Position numbers and translations under genes: made by a program. The notes beneath the pieces were generated by a model. The model saw only the letters and a program-made list of their open reading frames with translations, ran no database searches and was not told where the DNA came from. A stretch of DNA of 64,000 nucleotides from Chitinophagales bacterium (GTDB lineage Bacteria > Bacteroidota > Bacteroidia > Chitinophagales > CAIODY01). How positions within the stretch are numbered: the stretch's first letter is position 1; the number at the start of each line of letters is the position of its first letter. Shown here one piece after another: positions 1-10,625 of this stretch. The stretch lies in NCBI GenBank assembly GCA_947449695.1, contig CANFST010000004.1, positions 22,555 to 86,554 on the forward strand, written 5' to 3'.

Positions 1-1163
1 ACTGGTTTTTTCTTGATGGCACCCACTGCTAAAATTGCCACTTGTGGTTGATTGATAATTGGTGTTCCCATCAAACTTCCGAAGCTGCCCACATTGGTTA
101 AAGTGAATGTGCCGCCTTGAGTTTCATCAGGTTTCAAACCATTGTTTCTGCCAGCATTTGCCAAGCGATTTACCTCCTTGGTTAAGCCAATTAAATTGCG
201 TTGGTCAGCATTTTTAATCACAGGTACAATCAAATTGCCGCTTGGTGTAGCTGTTGCCATACCAACATTAATATCTTTTTTCAAAATGATATTTGTACCG
301 TCAACACTGGCATTTACAAAAGGAAATTCTTTCAATGCTTTTGCAACTGCTTCAACAAATATTGGTGTGAAAGTGATTTTTTCGCCTTCACGTTTTTCAA
401 AATTCTTTTTCACTTTATCTCGCCATTTCACCAAGTTGGTAACATCGGCTTCGGCAAAAGAAGTTACATGTGGCGAAGTAGCTTTGCTGCGAACCATGTG
501 GTCGGCAATCAACTTACGCATTCTGTCCATTTCAATTATTTCAACATTGCCCGAAACTGGCTGTGAGCTTTGAGTTGTGGGCTGTGAGCTAACTATTACA
601 GGTGCTGATGCGACAACAGGCGAACTTGCTTGTATAGGTGCAGAAGCAGCTACAGGAGCTGAACTACGAGTTTTTACATAATTTAAAATATCACTTTTTG
701 TAACTCTACCTTCCTGGCCTGTGCCTGGCAAAGTTTCCAATTCGCTCATACTGATACCTTCCTGACGAGCAATATTTAGAACCAATGGCGAATAAAATCT
801 ATCACCTGAAACTTTAGCCGCAGGTGTTGCTGATGCAGGTGGAACAAATGGAACCGCAGCTGGTGTTGCAGCCACAGGAGCAGCTTGTTGAGTTGCTACA
901 GGCGCTGAAGCTCCTGCAGATGCAGCATCTTCAATCACAGCAATCACTTTACCAACTGGCACCACAGCATTTTCTTTAAATAAAATTTCAACCAATTTGC
1001 CAGCAGCTGTGCTCGGCACTTCGCTATCTACTTTATCTGTTGCAATTTCCAAAACCATTTCATCCATAGCCACCATATCACCCACATTCTTGCGCCACTT
1101 CAAAATGGTAGCTTCCATAATACTTTCGCCCATTTTGGGCATCACTAATTCAAATCGAGCCAT
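1..1163 (-). CDS. 2-oxo acid dehydrogenase E2 component (dihydrolipoyllysine-residue acyltransferase); 3' end cut by window edge
   Basis: Not in the ORF track because no stop lies in the window. The reverse-strand translation from ATG (cat at 1161-1163) reads MARFELVMPKMGESIMEATILKWRKNVGDMVAMDEMVLEIATDKVDSEVPS (lipoyl domain with the DK lipoyl-lysine context). It continues through Ala/Pro-rich linkers and an E3-binding-like segment (SPLVLNIARQEGISMSELETLPGTGQEGRVTKSDI), then a catalytic-domain start. The plus-strand ORFs 142-573, 201-566 and 997-1197 are its shadows. Confidence 0.85.
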   Translation of the reverse strand, partial: MARFELVMPKMGESIMEATILKWRKNVGDMVAMDEMVLEIATDKVDSEVPSTAAGKLVEILFKENAVVPVGKVIAVIEDAASAGASAPVATQQAAPVAATPAAVPFVPPASATPAAKVSGDRFYSPLVLNIARQEGISMSELETLPGTGQEGRVTKSDILNYVKTRSSAPVAASAPIQASSPVVASAPVIVSSQPTTQSSQPVSGNVEIIEMDRMRKLIADHMVRSKATSPHVTSFAEADVTNLVKWRDKVKKNFEKREGEKITFTPIFVEAVAKALKEFPFVNASVDGTNIILKKDINVGMATATPSGNLIVPVIKNADQRNLIGLTKEVNRLANAGRNNGLKPDETQGGTFTLTNVGSFGSLMGTPIINQPQVAILAVGAIKKKP

Positions 1164-1274
1164 GTTAAATTTGATTTTTATTGAGGTGCAAAGATAGCAG
1201 AATATTGAGTTTTTAATTTCAACTTTATTTTATCTGAAAAAATAGCTTACTTCGTTCGCATAATTGAAAAAGAA

Positions 1275-2975
1275 TTGCAAGCTATCCGTTGGAATATACT
1301 ATCTGTTGAAGAAGAAAAAACAAACAGTTTACAAGCCGAATTAAAAATTCATCCAGTGCTTTGTAAACTACTGGTGCTTCGTGGCATTGAAACATTTGAA
1401 GAAGCCAAAAAATTTTTCCGTCCACAACTATCCGATTTGCACAATCCGTTTTTGTTCAACGATATGGAAAAGGCTGTAAACCGGATACAGCAAGCCATTG
1501 CGAATGATGAACATATTATGGTGTATGGCGATTATGATGTAGATGGAACTACTTCGGTTTCGTTGATGTACGGATTTTTTAAAAATTTCTACGATAATAT
1601 TTCTTACTACATCCCCAATCGCTATGCGGAAGGCTATGGCGTTTCGATAAAAGGAATGGATGAAGCAGCCGACAGAAATGCCAAATTAATTATCTGCTTA
1701 GATTGCGGTATCACTGCCATCGAACAAGTGAAATATGCCAAAGAAAAAGGAATAGATTTTATCATCTGCGACCATCATCGCCCGAGTGAAATTTTACCTG
1801 ATGCTTATGCAATTTTAGATGCTAAACGAATTGACAATACTTACCCATTCGATGAATTAAGTGGTTGTGGTGTGGGTTTCAAGCTCATTCAAGCTTTTGC
1901 ACAAGCTTATGAAATTGATTTTTCGGAAGTAGAAAAATATTTAGATTTAGTTGCTATCAGCATTGCCAGTGATTTGGTGCCAATAACAGGTGAGAACAGA
2001 ATTTTGTGTTATTATGGTCTGAAATTAATCAACGAAAAACCACGAGCTGGCATTAAAACTTTAATTGAAATTGTTGGATTAAAAGGTGAGCTCACTATTA
2101 ATAATTTAGTGTTTGCCATTGGTCCACGAATAAATGCCGCTGGCAGAATTGATGAAGGAACGGATGCAGTAAAATTATTAATTGCTGATAATTTATCAGA
2201 TGCTTGGGAACAAGGTCATGTGTTGAATACACACAATATTGAACGGAAAGGGCATGATAAAGATATTACCACACAAGCGCTAACACTATTAGCAAATGAT
2301 GTGGTTGGCCAATCAAAGAAGACCACGGTGGTTGCTAGCGAAGGTTGGCATAAAGGTGTGATTGGAATTGTAGCTTCACGATTAATGGATACTTATTATC
2401 GCCCAACCATTGTGCTATCAAAAAACAATGGAACAATGATTGGCTCGGCAAGAAGTGTAAGAGAATTTGATATTTATGAAGCATTGAAAAAATGTGAAGA
2501 TTTATTAGAAAAATTTGGCGGACATAAATACGCCGCAGGCCTACAACTGAGTAGTAACAATTTCGAGAAATTCTGTGAGCGATTTGAAAAAGTGGTTAGT
2601 GAATCCATTCTAGAAGACCAATTAATTCGAGAATTAACCATTGATGCGGAATTGGATTTGAATGATATTTCATGGTCGTTTTATAATATACTCCAACAGT
2701 TTGCGCCATTCGGTCCTGGCAATATGACACCACTTTTTATGTCGAGAAATTTAACAAACAGTGGTAGTCGAATTGTAAGCGATAAGCATCTTAAATTTGC
2801 TTTAGCCAATGAAAGCAATACAAGAGTGAATGGAATTGGCTTTGACATGAAGCACCATTTGCCAACTGTTACCGAACAAAAAATTGATGTAGTTTATTCA
2901 TTGGAAATAAACGAATGGCAGGGCAACAAAAATATTGAATGGAGAGTAAGGGATGTAAGAAGAAGCAATTCATAA
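1275..2975 (+). CDS. recJ: single-stranded-DNA-specific exonuclease RecJ
   Basis: DHH-family motifs are present: VYGDYDVDGTTS, LDCGI, ICDHH. The DHHA1-like region is GGHKYAAGL. Length is 566 aa with an apparent TTG start. Confidence 0.9.
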   Translation: MQAIRWNILSVEEEKTNSLQAELKIHPVLCKLLVLRGIETFEEAKKFFRPQLSDLHNPFLFNDMEKAVNRIQQAIANDEHIMVYGDYDVDGTTSVSLMYGFFKNFYDNISYYIPNRYAEGYGVSIKGMDEAADRNAKLIICLDCGITAIEQVKYAKEKGIDFIICDHHRPSEILPDAYAILDAKRIDNTYPFDELSGCGVGFKLIQAFAQAYEIDFSEVEKYLDLVAISIASDLVPITGENRILCYYGLKLINEKPRAGIKTLIEIVGLKGELTINNLVFAIGPRINAAGRIDEGTDAVKLLIADNLSDAWEQGHVLNTHNIERKGHDKDITTQALTLLANDVVGQSKKTTVVASEGWHKGVIGIVASRLMDTYYRPTIVLSKNNGTMIGSARSVREFDIYEALKKCEDLLEKFGGHKYAAGLQLSSNNFEKFCERFEKVVSESILEDQLIRELTIDAELDLNDISWSFYNILQQFAPFGPGNMTPLFMSRNLTNSGSRIVSDKHLKFALANESNTRVNGIGFDMKHHLPTVTEQKIDVVYSLEINEWQGNKNIEWRVRDVRRSNS

Positions 2976-3112
2976 TTCTTAGAGCACTATTAAATTTTCA
3001 ACAGATTTTTCCTTTAAAATTTTTACTTTTGCTCCTTATGCAATTTTTCTATTGAAATTTTGCAAAAACAAAATGACACTTATTTATAAAAATTTAAAAT
3101 CAAAACAAATTA

Positions 3113-4684
3113 ATGGAACCAATCAGCATAGTATTGATGGGAGCCGCCGCTGTGGTGGGTATAGGAATAGGGATATTTGCAGGTAAATCTTTTTTCTCTA
3201 AAAATTTTAATGTACAAAAAGAGCAAGCCGAAAAGGAAGCAACCCTTTTAATTGAGAATGCAAAAAAAGAAGCAGAAAATCTTAAAAAAGAAAAATTACT
3301 TGAAGCCAAAGAAAAATTTCAACAAGCCAAATTAGCCGAGGAAAAAGAAATCAACCAACGCAATATTAAACTAGAAGAAAGGGAACGTCAGCAAAAACAA
3401 AAAGAACAATCACTCAATCAAAAATTAGAGGCAGCTAATAAAAAAGACCAAGAATTAGAAACTTTAAAAGAGAACACAAAGCGCCAATTAGAGCTGGTGA
3501 ATGAAAAAAAATCGGCGTTGGATAAACAGCATGAAACCATGGTGAAAACTTTGGAAAAGGCTGCCAACATGAGCGCCACTGATGCCAAAACCCAATTGAT
3601 TGAATCATTGAAAGCCGAGGCTTCTACTGCGGCTTCAGCACATGTAAAATCAATAATGGATGAGGCGAAATTAACCGCAAATAAAGAGGCAAAAAAAATC
3701 GTTATTCAAACCATTCAGCGCACTGCACAAGAACATGCTATTGAAAACTCAATTAGCAGTTTTCAATTAGAAAGCGATGAATTAAAAGGTCAAATCATTG
3801 GCAGAGAAGGAAGAAATATCAGAGCATTAGAAGCTGCTACTGGTGTGGAGTTTATTGTTGATGACACACCAGATACCATTATTCTTTCTTGCTTCGACCC
3901 TGTTCGCAGAGAAATTGCACGTTTGAGTTTACAACGATTAGTAACTGATGGAAGAATACATCCGGCTCGTGTAGAAGAGGTGGTTGAAAAAACACGTAAG
4001 CAGATGGAAGACCAGATTGTTGAAATTGGCGAACGCACGTGCATAGAATTAGGCATTCATGGCTTACATCCTGAATTGATTCGCATGGTGGGCAGAATGC
4101 GTTTCCGTTCATCTTACGGTCAAAATTTATTGCATCATAGCAAAGAGGTAGCGAACATGAGTGCTGTGATGGCGGCTGAATTAGGCTTAAATCCGAAGTT
4201 GGCAAAACGTGCAGGTTTGTTGCACGATATTGGTAAAGTACCAGATGTCGAACAAGAATTATCGCATGCTTTGTTGGGTGCAAAATTAGCCGAACAATAC
4301 AATGAGCATCCGAGTATTGTAAATGCCATTGGCGCACATCATGATGAAATGGAAATGAAATTTGTGATTTCACCCATCATTCAGATTTGTGATAGTATCA
4401 GCGGTGCAAGACCTGGTGCACGTCGTGATACATACAATCAATACATGCAGCGTATTAAGGATTTAGAAAACTTAGCTCAAAGTTTTGAAGGTGTTGAAAA
4501 AGCCTTTGCAGTACAAGCTGGTCGTGAACTTCGTGTGATTGTAGAAGCTGGGAAAGTGGATGATAAAATGGCTGAGCAAATGAGCTTTGAAATGAGCCAA
4601 AAAATCATGAATGAAATGCAATATCCAGGTCAAATTCGTGTTACAGTAATTCGTGAAACACGAGCTGTAGCAGTTGCTAGATAA
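3113..4684 (+). CDS. rny: ribonuclease Y
   Basis: N-terminal TM helix, a long Lys/Glu coiled coil, a KH domain ([22 protein letters not shown]) and an HD domain (LLHDIGK...GAHH). Length is 523 aa. Confidence 0.92.
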   Translation: MEPISIVLMGAAAVVGIGIGIFAGKSFFSKNFNVQKEQAEKEATLLIENAKKEAENLKKEKLLEAKEKFQQAKLAEEKEINQRNIKLEERERQQKQKEQSLNQKLEAANKKDQELETLKENTKRQLELVNEKKSALDKQHETMVKTLEKAANMSATDAKTQLIESLKAEASTAASAHVKSIMDEAKLTANKEAKKIVIQTIQRTAQEHAIENSISSFQLESDELKGQIIGREGRNIRALEAATGVEFIVDDTPDTIILSCFDPVRREIARLSLQRLVTDGRIHPARVEEVVEKTRKQMEDQIVEIGERTCIELGIHGLHPELIRMVGRMRFRSSYGQNLLHHSKEVANMSAVMAAELGLNPKLAKRAGLLHDIGKVPDVEQELSHALLGAKLAEQYNEHPSIVNAIGAHHDEMEMKFVISPIIQICDSISGARPGARRDTYNQYMQRIKDLENLAQSFEGVEKAFAVQAGRELRVIVEAGKVDDKMAEQMSFEMSQKIMNEMQYPGQIRVTVIRETRAVAVAR

Positions 4685-4714
4685 TAATTTTCAGAAAAAA
4701 CATCAAAGGAAAAC

Positions 4715-4743
4715 TCTATGGTTCATTACCATAGAATTTTTTT
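4715..4743 (+). terminator. rho-independent terminator after rny
   Basis: Stem TCTATGG (4715-4721) pairs with CCATAGA (4729-4735) around a 7-nt loop. A T7 run follows at 4737-4743. The element overlaps the stop of the convergent gene. Confidence 0.6.
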
Positions 4744-7700
4744 ATTTCTTCATTGCTTGATATAACACTTCCTGAATTCTTGTGCGAATACTCAAGGTAA
4801 TAATTTTGTTATTCCCTGCTTCGGGATAAACACGATTACTTAAAAATACAAATACCAAATTATATTTAGGGTCAGCCCATGCACTTGTTCCAGTAAAACC
4901 TGTATGACCAAAAGTTTCAAGTGAAGCACTTTTGCAAACTGGTGAAGCTGCTTCTGGATTTGGTTCTTGCTTATCAAAACCTAAACCTCTTCTCGATACT
5001 GATGATTGTTTTGTTGTAAATTTATCAACTGTGAATGCTTTAAAATATCTCTTGCCATTTAGTTCGCCTTTATTACAAAGCATCTGCATCAACATAGCTA
5101 AATCCTTTGCATTGCTGAATAAGCCTGCATGACCTTGTATACCACCACACATAGCAGCACCTTGATCATGAACATACCCCCAAACTAATTGATGCCTGAA
5201 ATAATTATCTCTTTCTGTTGGCATTATTTCTTCTTTTTTAAAACCATGTTGCAATGGATTAAAACACATTGTTTTCAAATTCATCGGGTCGTAGAAATTT
5301 CGCTGAACGTAGTCTTCGACAGTTTCCTTTTTTAAAATTTTGTCGCAAATACGTTTCATGAAATATAAATCCAAATCACTGTAAACATATTTGCCAGGCG
5401 TTTTTACATCGCTTTTATAAATATCCTCCCACATTTTATCAATACATGCTGGGCTTTCACATAAATCTTTTGCTACCTGCAACGGATGCTCAGCATCTTG
5501 TTGAGTTGAAAAGTTTTCGTTCAGTTCACCCTTTGTATTAAAACAATTTTTCCAAAACGGAATAAAAGGCACCATCCCGGCCTGATGCAATAACATATCA
5601 CGAATAACTATTTTTTTCTTGTTTGTTTTTTTGGCTTCGGGCAAATAATCACCAATGGTTTTGTTAACATCCAATTTTCCTTCTTCATACAATTTCATAC
5701 AAGCCAAAGTGGTGCAGGCAATTTTTGTGATAGATGCCAAATCATATAAATTTTCATTCTTTACCTCCACACCATTTTCATAGGTTTGATGTCCAAATGA
5801 TTTTTCATAAATCACTTTCCCATCTTTTAATGCAATAATTTCACATCCTGGATAAGCTCTTGCGGCAATGCCTTCTAAAGCGATGGTATCAATTTTTTTC
5901 AATGATTGAATATCAAATCCAGCTGCAATTGCATTTTGCAAAGCTTCGCTTTTAATGTGTTTTTCTAAATGCGAATGCAACTCATTACCCATACCAAATT
6001 TATACACTGATGAAGCCGAAACAGGTAATTTTCCCTTTGTATTAATACTGTTTAATAAATAATTTGCTACTGCTGTTTGCGTAAATTGATTGTCTTCATA
6101 AGCTACAGCGATTTGTTTGCAATTATCAAAAAATTTTAAACTATAAGGATTGCCAAAAAGAACAACACTACAATTTTGCCTAGCTGAAAGTTGCTGAATG
6201 AATTTCTTTGCTGATGAGTTAATTCCATAATCTTTTGATGCAAATCGATTCATGTGATGCATTTCTACCCAGCAATAATCAATGTTTTGAAGCGAATCAA
6301 GCAATTGACTATAGGTTTCATCGCTTTCGTTGTTAGTGATTCTGAATAATTTTATAGATGAATTTTCGCTTAACATTTTTGAAGTAATGCTCATGGTATC
6401 ATTGCCAATACTGATTAATACAACTGATTCAGGCGCTTTAATTTTTTCTTCTCGATTGATACAAGTTAAAGCATTACAATATAAGCTTTTCAGTAATTCA
6501 GCTTTTTCTGTTCGATGCAAATCTTCTTGCAAATTTTGTATAACAATTGGCTGATAATGATTCAACCCTGCTTTGTATTTGTAGTATAAAATTTTACGAA
6601 CACGGTTATCAATTTCTTCTTGTGTAATTAAATTTTTAGATACAGCTTTTAAAATTTCATTGATGCCAGCTTCTAAATTCTGGCTAAATAAAATCATGTC
6701 GTTACCAGCCAAAAGTGCCATAACATCAGCAGTTGCCGATTCATAATTTTTTGTAACGCCATGCATATTCATTGCATCAGTAATTACCAACCCATTATAA
6801 TGTAACTCTGTTTTCAATAAATTTTGCACCAAATTTTGCGATAATGAAGCTGGAATTTTTTCATTTGGTTCTAATTGTGGAATCGCCAAATGCGCCACCA
6901 TTATGCTTGGCACTTTGGATACTATCATTGCTTTAAAAGGTTTCAACTCCAAAGAATCTAATCGCTCACGGCTAAAAGGCAATACTGGCAAGTCTTTATG
7001 TGAATCAACATCTGTATCGCCATGACCCGGAAAATGTTTGGCACAACTTAATATACCAGCTTTGTGCATACCATTCATATAGGCAATTGCTTTATTAGTA
7101 ACCATTTCAGCATTTTCACCAAATGACCTATCATTAATAATCGGATTGTTTGAATTGTTGTTCACATCTACTACTGGTGCAAAATTGAGTTGAATTCCCA
7201 ACCGCTTACATTCATCGCCAACGGCTTCGCCCATTTTAAAAATCAAAGAGTCATTTTGTAAAGCACCCAAGGTGAGTTGATGCGGATATTGCAACGTAGA
7301 ATCTATACGCATGGCTAATCCCCACTCACCATCCAAACCCACTAACAACGGAATTTTTGATAAATTTTGATACCGATTCAAAGCCACTGCATGGCGATAA
7401 GGTGTGCCCTGCATCATGATTATGCCGCCAATATTGTACTTTGAAATCATATCGGGCAATGATTTGCAATTAACTGAATCGTGGTTGGTCCAGGCTGGCA
7501 TCATAAACAACTGCCCAATGCGTTGGGTATCATTCATGCCTTGCATTTGTTGTTCAATCCATCGCAACGTATCGCCGCTGCCCATCACAGGAGTATGATA
7601 CGAAACCGCTTCCATAGCCATTTCTGGCGATTTAGTTTTTTTCTTTTTAGCAGATGAATTTGCTTTTTTTGAATGATGTTTTTTAGGTGAATGCGAATAA

Positions 7701-7768
7701 TTAGCAGCCAATAAAAAGCTGCATACACCGATAAGCATCAACAATACAACAAGATTTTTTTTCACCAT
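4742..7768 (-). CDS. fusion protein: glycoside hydrolase family 3 (NagZ-like beta-N-acetylhexosaminidase) N-terminal part plus serine beta-lactamase/PBP-like hydrolase C-terminal part
   Basis: Signal peptide present. GH3 motifs are KHFPGHGDTDVDSH and VITDAMNM. The C-terminal half carries SITK (SxxK) in LYDLASITKIACTT plus a YSD element. Length is 1008 aa. Confidence 0.8.
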   Translation of the reverse strand: MVKKNLVVLLMLIGVCSFLLAANYSHSPKKHHSKKANSSAKKKKTKSPEMAMEAVSYHTPVMGSGDTLRWIEQQMQGMNDTQRIGQLFMMPAWTNHDSVNCKSLPDMISKYNIGGIIMMQGTPYRHAVALNRYQNLSKIPLLVGLDGEWGLAMRIDSTLQYPHQLTLGALQNDSLIFKMGEAVGDECKRLGIQLNFAPVVDVNNNSNNPIINDRSFGENAEMVTNKAIAYMNGMHKAGILSCAKHFPGHGDTDVDSHKDLPVLPFSRERLDSLELKPFKAMIVSKVPSIMVAHLAIPQLEPNEKIPASLSQNLVQNLLKTELHYNGLVITDAMNMHGVTKNYESATADVMALLAGNDMILFSQNLEAGINEILKAVSKNLITQEEIDNRVRKILYYKYKAGLNHYQPIVIQNLQEDLHRTEKAELLKSLYCNALTCINREEKIKAPESVVLISIGNDTMSITSKMLSENSSIKLFRITNNESDETYSQLLDSLQNIDYCWVEMHHMNRFASKDYGINSSAKKFIQQLSARQNCSVVLFGNPYSLKFFDNCKQIAVAYEDNQFTQTAVANYLLNSINTKGKLPVSASSVYKFGMGNELHSHLEKHIKSEALQNAIAAGFDIQSLKKIDTIALEGIAARAYPGCEIIALKDGKVIYEKSFGHQTYENGVEVKNENLYDLASITKIACTTLACMKLYEEGKLDVNKTIGDYLPEAKKTNKKKIVIRDMLLHQAGMVPFIPFWKNCFNTKGELNENFSTQQDAEHPLQVAKDLCESPACIDKMWEDIYKSDVKTPGKYVYSDLDLYFMKRICDKILKKETVEDYVQRNFYDPMNLKTMCFNPLQHGFKKEEIMPTERDNYFRHQLVWGYVHDQGAAMCGGIQGHAGLFSNAKDLAMLMQMLCNKGELNGKRYFKAFTVDKFTTKQSSVSRRGLGFDKQEPNPEAASPVCKSASLETFGHTGFTGTSAWADPKYNLVFVFLSNRVYPEAGNNKIITLSIRTRIQEVLYQAMKK

Positions 7769-7900
7769 ATAAATTTTGAAAAGATTTGATGGGTAAAGAT
7801 GAAAAGTGATGAAGCAACATTGAAAAACATAGTTGAATTATTATCAACCAAAAAATGTTTTTTGTAGCCGAATGAAAAGAAAAAAACTAAGCACTAAATT

Positions 7901-10306
7901 TTATTTCTTCACCCTCTTCCAAATCGAAATCACAAAACCAATCATGGTGATGATGGTGCCCAACCACAACAAATTGATGTAAGGAAATTCCATCGCTTTC
8001 AAAGTGATGTATTCTAAAGTTGGGGTGGTTTCGGCAATGCCAAATTCAATTTTATTTTCGTTGGGCAAAATTTGATTCACAAAAATTTTCACACCCAAAT
8101 CTTCCACTTTTGCTTCTACAGGCACAGCCATTTGATTGCGAATTAAATAAACTGGCTCGGCTTCAAAACTTTGATTGTCGCTGAATACACGGCATCGCAC
8201 CGAAGCCAAAATATCACCACTTTGTTGCTGAACATCTTTTCTTAAAACTTCATTGCTGATTTTTTCAACCAACACTTTTGCTTTTTTCAACTGAATCGTA
8301 TCGCCCGGTTTTGCTTTGTAAAATTGATATTGCTTGGTATCTGTTGGCTCATCTTTTTTCTTATCCGATGCAGCAGTAACAATGGTATAGATATCACGAC
8401 TGAAATAATGTTTGGTAGATGGATTATTCACCGTTCCCATTTTTTTATTTTCCTGCACATTGGGGTACAAATAAAAATCATCTGCCAAACTGCCGTCGGT
8501 ATTATGTTTCACATAATGTACTTTGTAAAAAGTATTTGGCGCAATGCTGCTATCGCCTACATAAGTGATGTCGTAACCATTTAATTTTTCTGTAGCATTT
8601 TTCACGAGCAACATGTTTTCACGTTTCATGTTATCGTCAAAACCTTTGCCCATCATGCCATTGGTCGGATTGTTTTCCGTCAATATTTTTTGTTTGTAAG
8701 ATGAAATTAAAATGCCCAACAACATCACACCAAATCCAACGTGTGCAATACTTGCACCCGATAATTTGAATTTTGATTTTAGTTTTACTACTAAATAGTT
8801 CACATTGCCAATCACAGCAAACACTGATGCATACAACATTATCCAGTAAGCAACTTTTCCAATTTCAAAATACCAAATACAAAATGCACTGATACTGATT
8901 GAAATTAATTTCACCAACCAAATACTTTTCACAAACAATTTCCATTCAGATTTTTTGAATCGCAAATATTGTGTGGCACCAGTCAAGAAGCCCAATAGGA
9001 TTGCAATCCACACTTGAATTTTGTTGTAATGCTCAACAGGTTTTGATGGTGGTGCCCAATTCAAATTGAAAAATTTGTTGAACACAGGAATTGAAGTGGT
9101 GAAAGTTACTTGAATCACAGAAACCAGCAACACCAAGGCTCCGATGAACATCCAAAATTCTCGAGATAAAATTTCTTCTTCTTTTTCAGGCTCAACTACT
9201 TTTTTAATTCTGAAAATTATCATCAACACAAACAGAATTAGAAACGCAAAAATGTTGAATCCTAATTGCCATCCTAAACCATCATCGGTAAAAGCATGAA
9301 CAGATGACGTGCCCAAAATGCCGCTTCGGGTCAAGAAAGAAGCGTATAACACTAACAGAAAAGTTAAACCGAATAATACAAAAGTTGCCTTTTGTGCATG
9401 TCCGCTATACTTGTATGCCAGCAACGTGTGTAAGCCTGCAATCAGCGTCAGCCAAGGCATCAGCGATGCATTTTCTACTGGGTCCCAAGCCCAATAACCA
9501 CCAAAACTTAATGCTTCATAAGCCCATGCTGCACCCATCATGATGCCTGTTGTTAAAGCAACACCATTAAACAAAGTCCAGCCCAATGCAGGTTTTGTCC
9601 AGCCATCAAAATCTTTTCTCCACCAACCACTCATCGCAAAAGCGAAGGGAACGATGCACGATGCAAAACCCAAAAACAACACTGGCGGATGAATCACCAT
9701 CCAATAATTTTGTAACAACGGATTCAAGCCATTGCCATCTGTTATGAAACTTAAATAGTTGGCTTGTTTGAAAATGGGTGCATTTTGCATCGCATCACGA
9801 AGCATCGTGAAGGGATTGCTGCCCATTCGATAATCGAAAATATAAATGCCCAGCAACATGCTACACAGCAGCATTTGCGCCAAACTCATCCACATCAAAA
9901 CAGGAGTGCGATAACTTTTTGAAAATTTTAAAATGATTAATCCCAACACCGTTTGCCAAAACATCCACAACAAAAAACTGCCTTCTTGCCCTTCCCAAAA
10001 ACTGCTGATGATGTAATAAACAGGCAACTCTAAACTGCTGTGCCTCCATGCGTAATAATATTCAAAGTAGTGGTTGTAAATGATATAGAACAATGTGCTG
10101 AAAATGGCTGCCATACCCAAACTCATGACGATGAAACTCCATTTTCCTAAATTGAAAAACTCAGCTTTTTCTTTTTCATCCGATTTTTTTTCAGCGAAAA
10201 AAAATGACATGGCAGCAATGAGCGATGCCACAAAAACTACGATAATGGCTAATCTGCCGATATTGCCCGGCATTAAATGTTCGCCTTCAAAAATGGTGTT
10301 AAGCAT
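7901..10306 (-). CDS. cytochrome c-type biogenesis heme lyase, CcmF/NrfE/CcsA family
   Basis: Polytopic membrane protein carrying the Trp-rich heme-handling motif WAYEALSFGGYWAWDPVENASLMPWL. Length is 801 aa. Confidence 0.8.
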   Translation of the reverse strand: MLNTIFEGEHLMPGNIGRLAIIVVFVASLIAAMSFFFAEKKSDEKEKAEFFNLGKWSFIVMSLGMAAIFSTLFYIIYNHYFEYYYAWRHSSLELPVYYIISSFWEGQEGSFLLWMFWQTVLGLIILKFSKSYRTPVLMWMSLAQMLLCSMLLGIYIFDYRMGSNPFTMLRDAMQNAPIFKQANYLSFITDGNGLNPLLQNYWMVIHPPVLFLGFASCIVPFAFAMSGWWRKDFDGWTKPALGWTLFNGVALTTGIMMGAAWAYEALSFGGYWAWDPVENASLMPWLTLIAGLHTLLAYKYSGHAQKATFVLFGLTFLLVLYASFLTRSGILGTSSVHAFTDDGLGWQLGFNIFAFLILFVLMIIFRIKKVVEPEKEEEILSREFWMFIGALVLLVSVIQVTFTTSIPVFNKFFNLNWAPPSKPVEHYNKIQVWIAILLGFLTGATQYLRFKKSEWKLFVKSIWLVKLISISISAFCIWYFEIGKVAYWIMLYASVFAVIGNVNYLVVKLKSKFKLSGASIAHVGFGVMLLGILISSYKQKILTENNPTNGMMGKGFDDNMKRENMLLVKNATEKLNGYDITYVGDSSIAPNTFYKVHYVKHNTDGSLADDFYLYPNVQENKKMGTVNNPSTKHYFSRDIYTIVTAASDKKKDEPTDTKQYQFYKAKPGDTIQLKKAKVLVEKISNEVLRKDVQQQSGDILASVRCRVFSDNQSFEAEPVYLIRNQMAVPVEAKVEDLGVKIFVNQILPNENKIEFGIAETTPTLEYITLKAMEFPYINLLWLGTIITMIGFVISIWKRVKK

Positions 10307-10382
10307 GCGGCAAAGATAAGTTTATGCAACTGTAAACAAGCGAAAATGTTTTGGTTTGATTGCCACTAATGCACGAATGTTT

Positions 10383-10622
10383 CTATTGTAAATAATTGCG
10401 AAGCGTAACAGGACATAATTCATAGCCATTATCCCATACTAAAGTTCCAAAATCTACTTTCACTTTTTTGAAATACTCGGGATTGGCTAACGAAGCTGAG
10501 ACACCTTTACCAATAAAGGTTTTGAGGTCAATATCTTTTTCTAAACCATCTTCAAATTTTACCAACACATGGTATTCATGAGTGGGCTGAACGGTGAGTA
10601 TGTTGTAAATTTTGTTTGCCAT
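10383..10622 (-). CDS. DUF2442-like small protein
   Basis: 79 aa. The sequence pattern (VKFEDGLEKDIDL...LVWDNGYELCP) resembles DUF2442. It lies 3 nt downstream of its DUF4160-like partner. Confidence 0.65.
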   Translation of the reverse strand: MANKIYNILTVQPTHEYHVLVKFEDGLEKDIDLKTFIGKGVSASLANPEYFKKVKVDFGTLVWDNGYELCPVTLRNYLQ

Positions 10623-10625
10623 AAT

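Noticed and set aside
142-1197. Plus-strand ORFs 142-573, 201-566 and 997-1197 appear in the ORF track.
   Set aside because: They are low-complexity shadow ORFs antisense to a clearly recognisable E2 acyltransferase gene on the minus strand (lipoyl domain, linkers, catalytic domain).
3790-4373. Antisense ORFs lie inside rny (3790-4056, 3879-4373, 4135-4329). Similar antisense ORFs lie inside other long genes, for example 14379-14858, 18124-18477, 23247-23645, 49418-49855 and 44778-45137.
   Set aside because: Each lies wholly within a confidently identified gene on the opposite strand. Their translations are compositionally odd, and none has recognisable motifs.
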